Assembly: GCA_029261055.1 (NCBI GenBank)
Contig: JAJDCA010000071.1
Coordinates: 153,778-217,777 of the forward strand
Origin: Candidatus Omnitrophota bacterium
Lineage (GTDB): Bacteria > Omnitrophota > Gorgyraeia > Zapsychrales > Zapsychraceae
Length of the DNA: 64,000 nucleotides
Direction: 5' to 3'
A program made the position numbers and the translations under genes. Shown in pieces: positions 47,982 to 57,156 of this stretch (within the stretch, counting starts at the first letter, position 1; every line of letters starts with the position of its first letter). The notes below the pieces were generated by a model. That model saw only the letters and a program-made list of their open reading frames with translations, was not told the DNA's origin and made no database searches.

Positions 47982-49817
47982 ATGAATATTTCTTTCATTT
48001 CCACGAAATTGTCCCGAATAAGTGTTTCGCTTCTAGTCGGGTTGGTTTTATTTTTACAGTCGGCCATTGCTCAAGATATATCCTTTGATGCAGAAGTAAG
48101 TACCAACAGGGCTGTTGTAGGAAATCCTATCCAATTAACGCTTATCATTCGCGGGACACAAAAAATTTCTCCGAAACAATTACCGCCGATAGATGGGTTT
48201 GACATCCAATATCAAAATTCTTCACAACGTTTTACAACAATCAATGGACAATTTGAAGGTTCGGTTTCATTTCAATATTCATTAGTTCCTTTAAAGGTTG
48301 GAAATTATGGCATACCCGCTTTAAAGCTGGCCATTGATGGTAAGGACTATACAACGCAGCCTATTTCTATTGAAGTTGTTGATTCTGCCGGGGGAGTATC
48401 ATCTCCATCTCAGGGCACACAAACTTCGCTTGATGATAGAATATTTGTACGTTTGGAAACATCAAAACAAGAAGTGTATTTAAATGATCGTGTGCCGATT
48501 AAGATGTTACTTTATATCGCCAATGTTGATGTTGATGATATCCAATATCCTCAATTAGAGCATGCCGGTTTTACGGTTGAGAAGGATGATCAATACAAAA
48601 AATATCAGCAAATTATTCAAGGGGTTCGGTATACAATTTTTGAATTTAATACATTTGCGTATCCAACACGATTAGGCGCTTTAACATTGGGGCCAGTTCA
48701 AATAGAATGTAATCTTATTGTACGTAATCAAAATCGAAGATCTTCATCTGGGCGAGGCAGAGGGGTCTTTGATGATGATTTCTTTAGTGGGTTTTTTGAT
48801 CGTGTTGAAAAAAGACCTGTAACATTAAAATCAGATCCGATCACGCTTAATGTTCTTCCCTTACCGGAAGATGGTCGGCCGCAGGATTTTTCCGGGGCCG
48901 TAGGAAATTTTAATTTTGATGTGTCGGTAGGGCCACGTGAGTTAAAAGTGGGGGATCCGATTACATTAAGGATGAAGATAAGGGGAAACGGGAATTTAAA
49001 GGCTGTGGAATTTCCTTCTTTTGCGAATCAGGATGAATTCAAGCTGTATGATCCGATTATTAAAGAAGAAAATAATACCAAGATTCTAGAGCAAGTGATC
49101 GTCCCAAAATCAGATCAGATAGAAACTGTCCTTGCTATTCAGTTTTCGTATTTTGATATTAATTATGGTAAATATCGAACGATAACCAGAGGGCCGTTTC
49201 CGATTAAAGTAGAAAAGTCAGATCAAGGTGAAGGGGTTAAGGTTATTGGGCTTGGTGAATTGGCAACTTCTATTGTTCCGCCGGAAAAATTAGGACAAGA
49301 CATAGTCTTTATTAAAGATTCTGCCGGGACGTTTCGTGCTAAGGGTGCGTGGCTTTACAGGCGGGTTGGATTTTATATTTTTCTTTTTGTGATGGGCATT
49401 TTTTGGGGTGTGGCGTATATTTTCTACAAACAAACACATCGTTTAAAAACAGATACCGTTTATGCCCGGCGTATGCAAGCGCCTCGACATGCGCGTAAAG
49501 GATTGATGCACGCTAAGAAGCTTTTGGAAGAAGGTAAAAGAGAAGACTATTACACTACGATTTTTAAGACTTTGCAGAATTATCTAGGCAATAAATTTCA
49601 TCTATCATCGGGGGCAGTGACATTTGAAACCATTGAAGAAATATTATTGAATAAACAAGGTGCCGATATGGCATCAGTCCGTAACAGATTAAAAATTATT
49701 TTTGACGAATGCGATATGATTCGTTATGCATCCGGACAGATTACGGCAAAGGATATGCAGGAAAATTATCAGAAGGTTGAGCAGATTATTGATTATTTGG
49801 AGAGGCACGTAAAATGA
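47982..49817 (+). CDS. batD: BatD-family protein
   Basis: Signal peptide, 'TTINGQ', 'FSGAVGNF', 'VGDPITL', TM near the C-end; followed by a BatE-like gene; start approximate. Confidence 0.85.
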   Translation: MNISFISTKLSRISVSLLVGLVLFLQSAIAQDISFDAEVSTNRAVVGNPIQLTLIIRGTQKISPKQLPPIDGFDIQYQNSSQRFTTINGQFEGSVSFQYSLVPLKVGNYGIPALKLAIDGKDYTTQPISIEVVDSAGGVSSPSQGTQTSLDDRIFVRLETSKQEVYLNDRVPIKMLLYIANVDVDDIQYPQLEHAGFTVEKDDQYKKYQQIIQGVRYTIFEFNTFAYPTRLGALTLGPVQIECNLIVRNQNRRSSSGRGRGVFDDDFFSGFFDRVEKRPVTLKSDPITLNVLPLPEDGRPQDFSGAVGNFNFDVSVGPRELKVGDPITLRMKIRGNGNLKAVEFPSFANQDEFKLYDPIIKEENNTKILEQVIVPKSDQIETVLAIQFSYFDINYGKYRTITRGPFPIKVEKSDQGEGVKVIGLGELATSIVPPEKLGQDIVFIKDSAGTFRAKGAWLYRRVGFYIFLFVMGIFWGVAYIFYKQTHRLKTDTVYARRMQAPRHARKGLMHAKKLLEEGKREDYYTTIFKTLQNYLGNKFHLSSGAVTFETIEEILLNKQGADMASVRNRLKIIFDECDMIRYASGQITAKDMQENYQKVEQIIDYLERHVK

Positions 49818-50587
49818 AATTGTATGCAAAATATTTTGGAACGACATTATTTGTACTGCTGGCGTTTGTTTTTACAGATTTAGCCATGGCGCAAATATCC
49901 AAAAGTGAAAGCCTGTCAAAATTTGTTTCTGCCGGATTAGCTTACAAAAGTGGGGAATATTCTGAGGCTATTGCAATCTATGAAGAAGTTCTTGATGGCG
50001 ACAAAGAAAGCGGGGCCTTGTATTACAATTTAGGCAATAGTTATTTTAAAGAGGGAAAGCGCGGTAAGGCAATTTTAAATTATGAACGTGCACTTCAACT
50101 GATGCCCCGCGATAGCGATTTACAATTTAATTATCGACACGCCCGCTCGTCTGTCAAAGGCTATGGTGAACAGAAGCCTTCCAATATTTTAAATCGATTG
50201 GCTCAGGCACATGTTCAATTTTATGCAGTTGATGAAATGGTCGTAATCATTACAATCATAACTTTGGCTCTAGGTATTCTTTATTTACTATCCCTTTATT
50301 TGAAATGGCCAACCAAATTACGTCAAAACTTCTTTATCATTTTAGGTGTTTTCTGGCTGATTTATACCGCCGGGTTTATTCTCAAATTTCAGCAAGATAA
50401 AAATATGGCTATTACTCTCACCAACGCAAAAGCCACCTTTGAACCCCGCCAAGAATCCACCACCCATTTCCAGCTTTCCGAAGGCATAAAAGTCAAAATA
50501 TTAAAAAAACAAGATAATTGGATCAAAATCAAACGCGCAGATGGAAAATTAGGGTGGGTTCAGGAAGATGCGGTAGAGAGGATTTGA
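49814..50587 (+). CDS. batE: BatE-like TPR/SH3 protein
   Basis: 'LYYNLGNSYFK.G..G.AILNYERA..L.PRD', 2 TM, SH3-like 'W.KI...DGKLGWV'. Confidence 0.8.
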   Translation: MKLYAKYFGTTLFVLLAFVFTDLAMAQISKSESLSKFVSAGLAYKSGEYSEAIAIYEEVLDGDKESGALYYNLGNSYFKEGKRGKAILNYERALQLMPRDSDLQFNYRHARSSVKGYGEQKPSNILNRLAQAHVQFYAVDEMVVIITIITLALGILYLLSLYLKWPTKLRQNFFIILGVFWLIYTAGFILKFQQDKNMAITLTNAKATFEPRQESTTHFQLSEGIKVKILKKQDNWIKIKRADGKLGWVQEDAVERI

Positions 50588-50592
50588 AGGGG

Positions 50593-51762
50593 TTACAAAT
50601 CATTCAAGAGGTGGATATCAGAAGGGTCTTTTATGATAAGTTTTTTGGTGGCTTTTATGCGGTTGAAAAGGTTTAATTGCTTTTTAGTAAGTTCTCGATA
50701 ATATTTTGATTCAATTAAGGTTTTATTTTGTGTATAGAAATCAATTTCTATGCCGTCCTCGTATATGTAAGATGGGCTTGCCTGACGGATTTTTAAGAAA
50801 ATATAGTTTTCAAAAAGGCTCCCTTTGTCTCGAAACCCTGTAAACAAAGTGCGTATGCCAAGGTCCGGGGCGTAGCCTTTTTTAGGGGATAGAAGTGTTT
50901 CATTAGTTTTACCATGGCGTGGGATAAGGTAAATTAAGTAGGTTTCGGCAAACATCGAAAGATAGCGTTTAGCTGTATCGGGCGCAATAGAGAGTATTTT
51001 AGCCATTTTATTGATACTTATTTGTTTGCCGGCACGTTCCATAAGGAGCATGAAATAGTCTTTTATCATTTGAGGATTCTTAATGTTATGATAGGCAATA
51101 ATATCTTTATAAATAATGTCATCGACCAGGGTTTTTAAATATTCACGATCTGGGTGGAGAACATATTCAGGGATACCACCGGTTTTCATATAATCTTCAA
51201 AATACGGTTCTTTAAGATAGTTTTCTTTTTGTTTGATGGTGATGTTACGAAATTGGCAAAATTCTTCAAAATCAAGTGGGGCGATTTCTAAAATACGTTC
51301 TCTTCCGGTTAAAAGTGCTTTTTTATCTTTGAGTAAAGAAGTGCTTGAGGAAGACGTATAAATTTTTACGTTTTGATTGTCATAAAGGTTTTTTAGTTGT
51401 AAATGTGGATTTTTTTTGTAGGTAATTTCATCAAGAAAAAGATAGATTTTTTTGTTAAGAGGCAGTTTGAAAATTTTGCGATATTCTGAAATGATATCAA
51501 GGATGGATTTATTTATTAAGGTATAATCATCCAGGCTCACATAAAAAATGTGTTTTGGGTTAGCTCCTTTATGAATAAGCCGTTGGATAAAAAGTTTCAA
51601 TAGAGTCGTTTTTCCAACCCTTCGTAAGCCGGTAAGGATAACGATTGATTTTGTGTTGAGAAGATTTTCCATGGAAGAAAGTATGCGCGGACGATCTTTA
51701 ATTGCTTCTAGTGAAATGGGCTCTTCCCACCATGGATTGTATTGGTAGAGTGTTTCTTTCAT
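50593..51762 (-). CDS. AAA+ ATPase with DUF4143 domain
   Basis: Start MKETLYQYNPWW; GLRRVGKT, FLDEI, GGIPE, 'EIDF...IESKY'. Confidence 0.88.
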   Translation of the reverse strand: MKETLYQYNPWWEEPISLEAIKDRPRILSSMENLLNTKSIVILTGLRRVGKTTLLKLFIQRLIHKGANPKHIFYVSLDDYTLINKSILDIISEYRKIFKLPLNKKIYLFLDEITYKKNPHLQLKNLYDNQNVKIYTSSSSTSLLKDKKALLTGRERILEIAPLDFEEFCQFRNITIKQKENYLKEPYFEDYMKTGGIPEYVLHPDREYLKTLVDDIIYKDIIAYHNIKNPQMIKDYFMLLMERAGKQISINKMAKILSIAPDTAKRYLSMFAETYLIYLIPRHGKTNETLLSPKKGYAPDLGIRTLFTGFRDKGSLFENYIFLKIRQASPSYIYEDGIEIDFYTQNKTLIESKYYRELTKKQLNLFNRIKATKKLIIKDPSDIHLLNDL

Positions 51763-52036
51763 GCCTAAAGTATACGTTATAATCGTATATTTATCAAGGA
51801 AATTATACGATAATGATAAAATAATAATGTAATTGTTAAATACCATGAAATAAGAAATTGACAATTTTGAATATCATGTCCTTAAGATATGTAAGTATTT
51901 AGCATTCTGAGTTGTCGAAGAGCGTTAAAAGCATGAAATTATTTCTAGCAGGACATTGAAAGCCCTGCGCATTCCATGCTGACACCGGGGAATTTTCTGA
52001 GTGTTTTCTTAAAAAAATAAGTATTTTAAAAGAAAT

Positions 52037-52263
52037 GTATCATGTTTTAAATCAATAGGTTATGCAATCTACAAATTTCTTCATTTTTATAATATATTAT
52101 AACATTATTTATTTCAATATGTTATGAATCATCTGGCTTCATTTCTCTCCACTTGACACTCGTCCAAAATATGTTATCTTTCCAGTATATTAATAAGAAA
52201 ACGTTTTATTCCACATAATTACACCAATAATTCCTACAGCAGGTAGGTCTCGCCACGGATTGG
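52037..52263 (+). promoter_or_regulatory. Conserved upstream region of giant gene 2
   Basis: 27-bp boxes 52037-52063 and 52099-52125, TTGACA 52153, TATCTT 52175, CCAATAAT...CTCGCCACGGATTGG 52224-52263. Confidence 0.65.
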
Positions 52264-52326
52264 TTAAATTTATAAAAATTAATTAGACATTGAACTACAA
52301 TGTTTTTTCATAATCCGGAGGAAATA

Positions 52327-55300
52327 ATGAACATTTACATAAAAAAACAACGTTTTTGTCTGTTTTACAGGGCTTTATCCGCCTTTATTGCCGTGGCATT
52401 CCTAACCACCAGCATTGTGCCGCAAGGGTTTGGGCTGAGCGCAGTCGAAGCCTATGCGCAGAGTATGTCTGTGCCAGCACCAATAGTGTTAAATTTGCCT
52501 GTACCGGGTACAATGGTCGGCATGACCGAAGTATTTACACCGGCAATGGTCAAGGGCATCACTATTCATCCGGATAATCCGCTTTTATTTGATTTTCTCA
52601 TCAATAAAGGGGATACCCATCTTAAAGGCGACGAATTAAAGACGGAAGCCAATAAATTGATTAAATATTTTTTGGCGGGCCTAACCGTGCCGGAGAAAGA
52701 AATGTGGGTTAACCTCAGTCCGTACGAAGCAGATAGAATTATCCCTGAAGGTTTTGGCGATACCGAAATGGGCCGGGATTTGCTTGCGCAAGATTACATT
52801 TTAAAACAGCTCACCTCATCATTGATGTATCCAGAAGATGAATTAGGTGAGGCCTTTTGGCAACGTGTTTATGAAAAATCTTATGAAAAATTTGGTCATA
52901 CAGATATTCCGATGAACACATTTAACAAAATTTGGATCGTGCCGGAAAACGCATCTGTGTATGAACACGAAGAAACTTCGACCGTGTATTTAGTGGATAG
53001 TCATTTGAAGGTGATGCTTGAAGAAGATTATGTTGCTGCGCAACATAATAGTGACGCGTCGCTCGTGGCTCGTGACTCGAAAAAACATTCGGATATCAAG
53101 CGCGCCACGCGTCACGCCATGCCTGCCGGCAGGCAGGAGCGACTAGCGACGAACCTTATCCGAGAGATTCTTATCCCCGAAATCGAACGCGAAGTCAACC
53201 AAGGCAAAACGTTCGCCAATCTGCGCCAGATTTATCATTCCGTTATTCTGGCCACGTGGTACAAACGAAAATTTGCTGTAGGGAACGAGCACCTGCCTGC
53301 CGGTAGGCAAGGTGCCCAATCCTTATTAGGACACGTGTATGTAGATCAAAACAAAACCAAAGGTGTAGATACGCAGGATAAAGACATTAACCAAAAGATT
53401 TATAATCAGTACGTCGAATCTTTCAAGAAAGGCGTTTACGATTACATCAAAGAAGATTATGATCCCGCGACTCGACAGATCATCCCGCGGAAATATTTCT
53501 CAGGAGGAGCGGAGCTTTTTCTGGCCAAAATAAATCACGCTATGCTCACTCCAGAAAGGCGTGTAGAGATAACAAGCGAGGGTAAGAATACAGATCGTGT
53601 TGTAGTGGAATTGAATGAAATCGGATTAAAAGGTACTGACTATGCACAAGTAGTTACAGATTCAGGAGAATATTTACAGCGGGCAGGTGATATTAAAAGT
53701 GCGGAAAATGTAGATGCAGTAATTAGTCCTATTGTCGATAATGCGATGCAAACATTTCCAGGCTTAATGAATAAATTTTCAAAGGATGGGTATGTTTTAC
53801 ATGCATTGGAACGAGGAGCTGATTTAACGCCTTGGGATGGAGAGGTTGTTATGGAATTGCTTGGTCAAATGACTGAAGGGCGTGAGTATGCGAATGGAGT
53901 TATTTATGATTCGGGTCATTATAGAAGCAGAAGTTTTACTTATTTTAACATGCCATTTTTGAGTGAATTGAGTGAAGATATTATTAGGTTTTCCGTTGAT
54001 TCATCTCATAAAAATCCAATCGAAGTAGTAGATACATCTGAAAATTTTGAGTTTTTTCTTGGTGAAAATAAAGAAACACAAAAAATTGAATTTTTAGCTT
54101 GGGAATGGAAACGACGCGATGTGAGCTATGAAGAACATAACATTTCCTATAAAGGTGAAAATGGGAAATATGATGTTCTTAAAATAAGCCCTAAGCAATA
54201 TGGGAATGTTTTGAGTAAAGGATTTGGAGTTGAAGAAAAACCTTCTAGTAATCAGATTGCCTATTTAGGGGCTACACAACTAAAAGGGAAAGAGTTTAAG
54301 GAATGGAATTTTTCTAATATTGAAGAAACTTCTCAGGGAAAGTGGGGGCATGGCTCTTCATATAGTATGGATTATCCTGAGTTTAAGAAAGACTTTATTC
54401 ATTACACGCAATATAGAAATGATGATGTAGATTTAATGACACACGTTTATTCAATTCCAGTAATTATGAAAGATAATCTTTCTTATAATATGGGTAAAAA
54501 TAAAAATAGCGAAGGTTTTGAAATTCGTATTGGCAGAAATAAAAATAGAGAAATTGAGTTTATGTTGTTAACAGCTCCACAAAAAATTATTTTAAGGTAT
54601 AAAAATAAGCTAGGAATGCCGAAAAGTAAAGTGATAACGAAAGCTGAACGTGATCAAATTTTAAAAGATCCGACAATAATTAATACAATAATATTTAATA
54701 GTAAGAAAATGTCCAAGGAATGGGTTGTTGATGAGGCAAAGGAAAAAGAATTTTCAGAAAACACTAAAACACGTATTCTAAATAATCAGGTAATAGTAGA
54801 TGAGCATACTAAGGTATTAAAAAATAAGAGAGTTGTGGAGATTAAAGAAAATGGAAAGAAGCCCTCCAACTTAATGCCGGAGAATAAAAAAGAACATGAA
54901 AAAGTTATGCGTATTAATAAAATAATAGAAGAGATGAAGTCGGTTGTTAAGAACCATTCTTTTCGTGACCTTTATTTTGGTCCAATTCTAGGACGAAAAA
55001 ATATTAAATCTTTTCGTGATTATTTAATAGCAGGGAATATACAAGACATTCAGGCGATTGTTTCTGGTATGAATCCACAGAAGGCAAAAGATAAGGGAGA
55101 AAAAAAGATTTTTAGAAAATATTATGAAAGTCCAAAATTTTCTAATTTAGCAACACAAATCAAATCAAAAGCAAAAGCTTTAATAGATAAGCTTCCTCAA
55201 ATCAAGGGAAAAAATCTAGAAGCCGAGATAAATTCTTTTCGTGAAGATGTTTTAAATGAAATTGAAAATCTTGATGCGGCGATGATTGGAAATGGTCAAG

Positions 55301-56097
55301 ATAATACCACCGTGTCGGCAGAAATAAAGCCAACTATCGTTATGATAGAAGATAAGGACGAACCTAATTCTAGCGAGCCTGATAAAGCTATGATGGAGAA
55401 AAAGACAATTTTATTAGTTGAGGATGATGAAGATATAAGAAAAGGATTGAAGGATTTCTTTGAGTCGAGAGATTACAATGTTATTGCGATGGAAAATGGT
55501 AAAGAGGCTTTAACACTTATAATAAAGAGAAAGGAAATGAAAGAGCCTCTTGATCTTGTTATAAGTGACTTAGATATGCCAGAGATGGATGGGATGGAGT
55601 TGCTAGAAAATGCAGAAAAAATATGGCCCGAATTACTTTTTATTATGCAATCAGGGAGAATGCCTTCAAATATTTCTGGTTTGCTTGAGAGGAAATCTAA
55701 TGTACATAAGGCTTTGGATAAAAGATTTGCTTTAGAGAAATATGAATCTGCGTTAAATGATTTGTGGGGGGATGTTGATTCAGCAATGATAAGGGCGGAG
55801 GAAGTGACGGGGGTAAATAAAGTTGGTGGTATCAATCTTGACCCGGCCATGCTGGATTTGCAGATCAAGCGTGATGGCAACGGTGTACCATTGCCGGTGA
55901 GTGAACAGGATTTTTCGATGATGCATATTGAAGGGGTTTTGCCTGTTATTATCAATGTAACGCCAGTTAATATTCCTATGCTGCTAGGTTTTGCAAATGA
56001 CGTACTCCCTGTTGCTGGCTGTCCATCGGATGATGAAATGATTGATTGCGATCGCGACTTGATTTCCATCAAACCGGAAGAGGAGGTTTTTTTGTAG
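52327..56097 (+). CDS. Giant secreted modular protein, paralog 2 (includes a receiver-domain module)
   Basis: GGAGG before ATG 52327; signal peptide ending AYA-QS; N- and C-domains shared with 6268-11340; REC domain at ~55393-55770. Confidence 0.85.
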   Translation: MNIYIKKQRFCLFYRALSAFIAVAFLTTSIVPQGFGLSAVEAYAQSMSVPAPIVLNLPVPGTMVGMTEVFTPAMVKGITIHPDNPLLFDFLINKGDTHLKGDELKTEANKLIKYFLAGLTVPEKEMWVNLSPYEADRIIPEGFGDTEMGRDLLAQDYILKQLTSSLMYPEDELGEAFWQRVYEKSYEKFGHTDIPMNTFNKIWIVPENASVYEHEETSTVYLVDSHLKVMLEEDYVAAQHNSDASLVARDSKKHSDIKRATRHAMPAGRQERLATNLIREILIPEIEREVNQGKTFANLRQIYHSVILATWYKRKFAVGNEHLPAGRQGAQSLLGHVYVDQNKTKGVDTQDKDINQKIYNQYVESFKKGVYDYIKEDYDPATRQIIPRKYFSGGAELFLAKINHAMLTPERRVEITSEGKNTDRVVVELNEIGLKGTDYAQVVTDSGEYLQRAGDIKSAENVDAVISPIVDNAMQTFPGLMNKFSKDGYVLHALERGADLTPWDGEVVMELLGQMTEGREYANGVIYDSGHYRSRSFTYFNMPFLSELSEDIIRFSVDSSHKNPIEVVDTSENFEFFLGENKETQKIEFLAWEWKRRDVSYEEHNISYKGENGKYDVLKISPKQYGNVLSKGFGVEEKPSSNQIAYLGATQLKGKEFKEWNFSNIEETSQGKWGHGSSYSMDYPEFKKDFIHYTQYRNDDVDLMTHVYSIPVIMKDNLSYNMGKNKNSEGFEIRIGRNKNREIEFMLLTAPQKIILRYKNKLGMPKSKVITKAERDQILKDPTIINTIIFNSKKMSKEWVVDEAKEKEFSENTKTRILNNQVIVDEHTKVLKNKRVVEIKENGKKPSNLMPENKKEHEKVMRINKIIEEMKSVVKNHSFRDLYFGPILGRKNIKSFRDYLIAGNIQDIQAIVSGMNPQKAKDKGEKKIFRKYYESPKFSNLATQIKSKAKALIDKLPQIKGKNLEAEINSFREDVLNEIENLDAAMIGNGQDNTTVSAEIKPTIVMIEDKDEPNSSEPDKAMMEKKTILLVEDDEDIRKGLKDFFESRDYNVIAMENGKEALTLIIKRKEMKEPLDLVISDLDMPEMDGMELLENAEKIWPELLFIMQSGRMPSNISGLLERKSNVHKALDKRFALEKYESALNDLWGDVDSAMIRAEEVTGVNKVGGINLDPAMLDLQIKRDGNGVPLPVSEQDFSMMHIEGVLPVIINVTPVNIPMLLGFANDVLPVAGCPSDDEMIDCDRDLISIKPEEEVFL
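53051..53150. repeat. In-frame heptamer-periodic hairpin with nested 20-bp palindrome
   Basis: GTGACGCGT...ACGCGTCAC arms; CATGCCTGCCGGCAGGCAGG at 53118-53137 encodes MPAGRQ. Confidence 0.75.
53278..53326. repeat. In-frame GTAG-type REP-like hairpin with nested palindrome
   Basis: GTAGGGAACGAGCAC-CTGCCTGCCGGTAGGCAAG-GTGCCCAATCCTTAT, encodes VGNEHLPAGRQGAQSL. Confidence 0.7.
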
Positions 56098-56133
56098 CAT
56101 TTTCTGTGGTGAAATATTCTAAAGATTTAACAT

Positions 56134-56180
56134 AGGGACACTTAAGGCGTTTTAAGAGCGTGGAAAGTGTCTTTTTTTTT
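56134..56180 (+). terminator. Intrinsic terminator after giant gene 2
   Basis: GACACTT...AAGTGTC followed by a T run. Confidence 0.6.
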
Positions 56181-56331
56181 GTAGTAGAATAATTATATGA
56201 TGGAATCGTGTAATTTCTAAATAAATCATACGATTACAGCTGAATATGTTTTAATGATCCATTATTTTTCCGTTTGCTTGATTTCTATAGGATGTACCCG
56301 TATACTTATAAATTCAAGAAGGGAATATATT

Positions 56332-56484
56332 ATGAAAAATAATATTTTTAAGGCGGGTTATCAACAAGATGAGAAAGATTGTTTTATTGAGGAGTACAGC
56401 GACGAAAGAGTTCAAGAATTTATGGAGGAAGATAGTTTGGATAAGGTAACAGCGGATAAGATGAAAGCCTTTAATGGCGCATAA
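56332..56484 (+). CDS. Small acidic hypothetical protein, possibly an AbrB-type antitoxin remnant
   Basis: 50 aa; 'IEEYSDERVQEFMEED'; TTGATT/TATACT promoter upstream. Confidence 0.4.
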   Translation: MKNNIFKAGYQQDEKDCFIEEYSDERVQEFMEEDSLDKVTADKMKAFNGA

Positions 56485-57151
56485 AATTCTAATTATCGAA
56501 GATGACCGGGATATTGCGGAGATGATTGAGTATAATTTGCAGCGGGAGGGGTATGTGGTTCTGAAGGTGTTTGATGGTCAGGAGGCTTTGCCGGCGGTTA
56601 CGCGGCATCGGCCGGATTTGGTTATTTTGGATATTATGTTGCCTTCGGTGGATGGGTTGGATATCTGTAAGGCTTTGCGTAGAGATGAAACTACCATTGA
56701 TCTTCCGATTATTATGTTAACTGCCAAATCGCAAGAGTCGGATAAGGTGATTGGTTTGGAGCTCGGGGCCGACGATTATGTGACCAAGCCTTTTAGTCCG
56801 CGCGAATTGATGGCTAGGGTTAAGGCGGTGCTGCGACGGACGAAAGTAGATAAATCTTCGTCCAAAACTTCTTTCGGCCCTGTAATCATTGATCATAAAC
56901 GTCACAGGGTTGACGTGGATGGTCAGGAGGTTATGTTGACGGCTACGGAATTTAAGCTATTAGATTTCTTGGTCCAAAAGACAGGGGCGGTTGTTTCACG
57001 TGATCAGATTCTTGATGCGGTTTTTGGGTACAGCTCCGAAGTGTATGACCGCACGGTCGACGCCCATATTAAATCCCTACGTAAGAAACTGGGACCTGCC
57101 AAAGATTACATTGAAACCATCCGGGGTTTTGGATATCGATTCAAAGAGTAA
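56474..57151 (+). CDS. phoB: PhoB/PhoP-type OmpR-family response regulator
   Basis: REC + winged helix ('RTVDAHIKSLRKKL', 'IETIRGFGYRF'); phosphate-gene context. Confidence 0.85.
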   Translation: MAHKILIIEDDRDIAEMIEYNLQREGYVVLKVFDGQEALPAVTRHRPDLVILDIMLPSVDGLDICKALRRDETTIDLPIIMLTAKSQESDKVIGLELGADDYVTKPFSPRELMARVKAVLRRTKVDKSSSKTSFGPVIIDHKRHRVDVDGQEVMLTATEFKLLDFLVQKTGAVVSRDQILDAVFGYSSEVYDRTVDAHIKSLRKKLGPAKDYIETIRGFGYRFKE

Positions 57152-57156
57152 TTTTT

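Noticed and set aside
51929-51985. AGCATG...CATGCT hairpin between the ATPase and giant gene 2
   Set aside because: No counterpart upstream of paralog 1 and weak pairing.
55473-56072. 199-aa antisense ORF and the many other short overlapping ORFs in the track
   Set aside because: Shadows of well-supported genes on the opposite strand or frame; no motifs or RBS.
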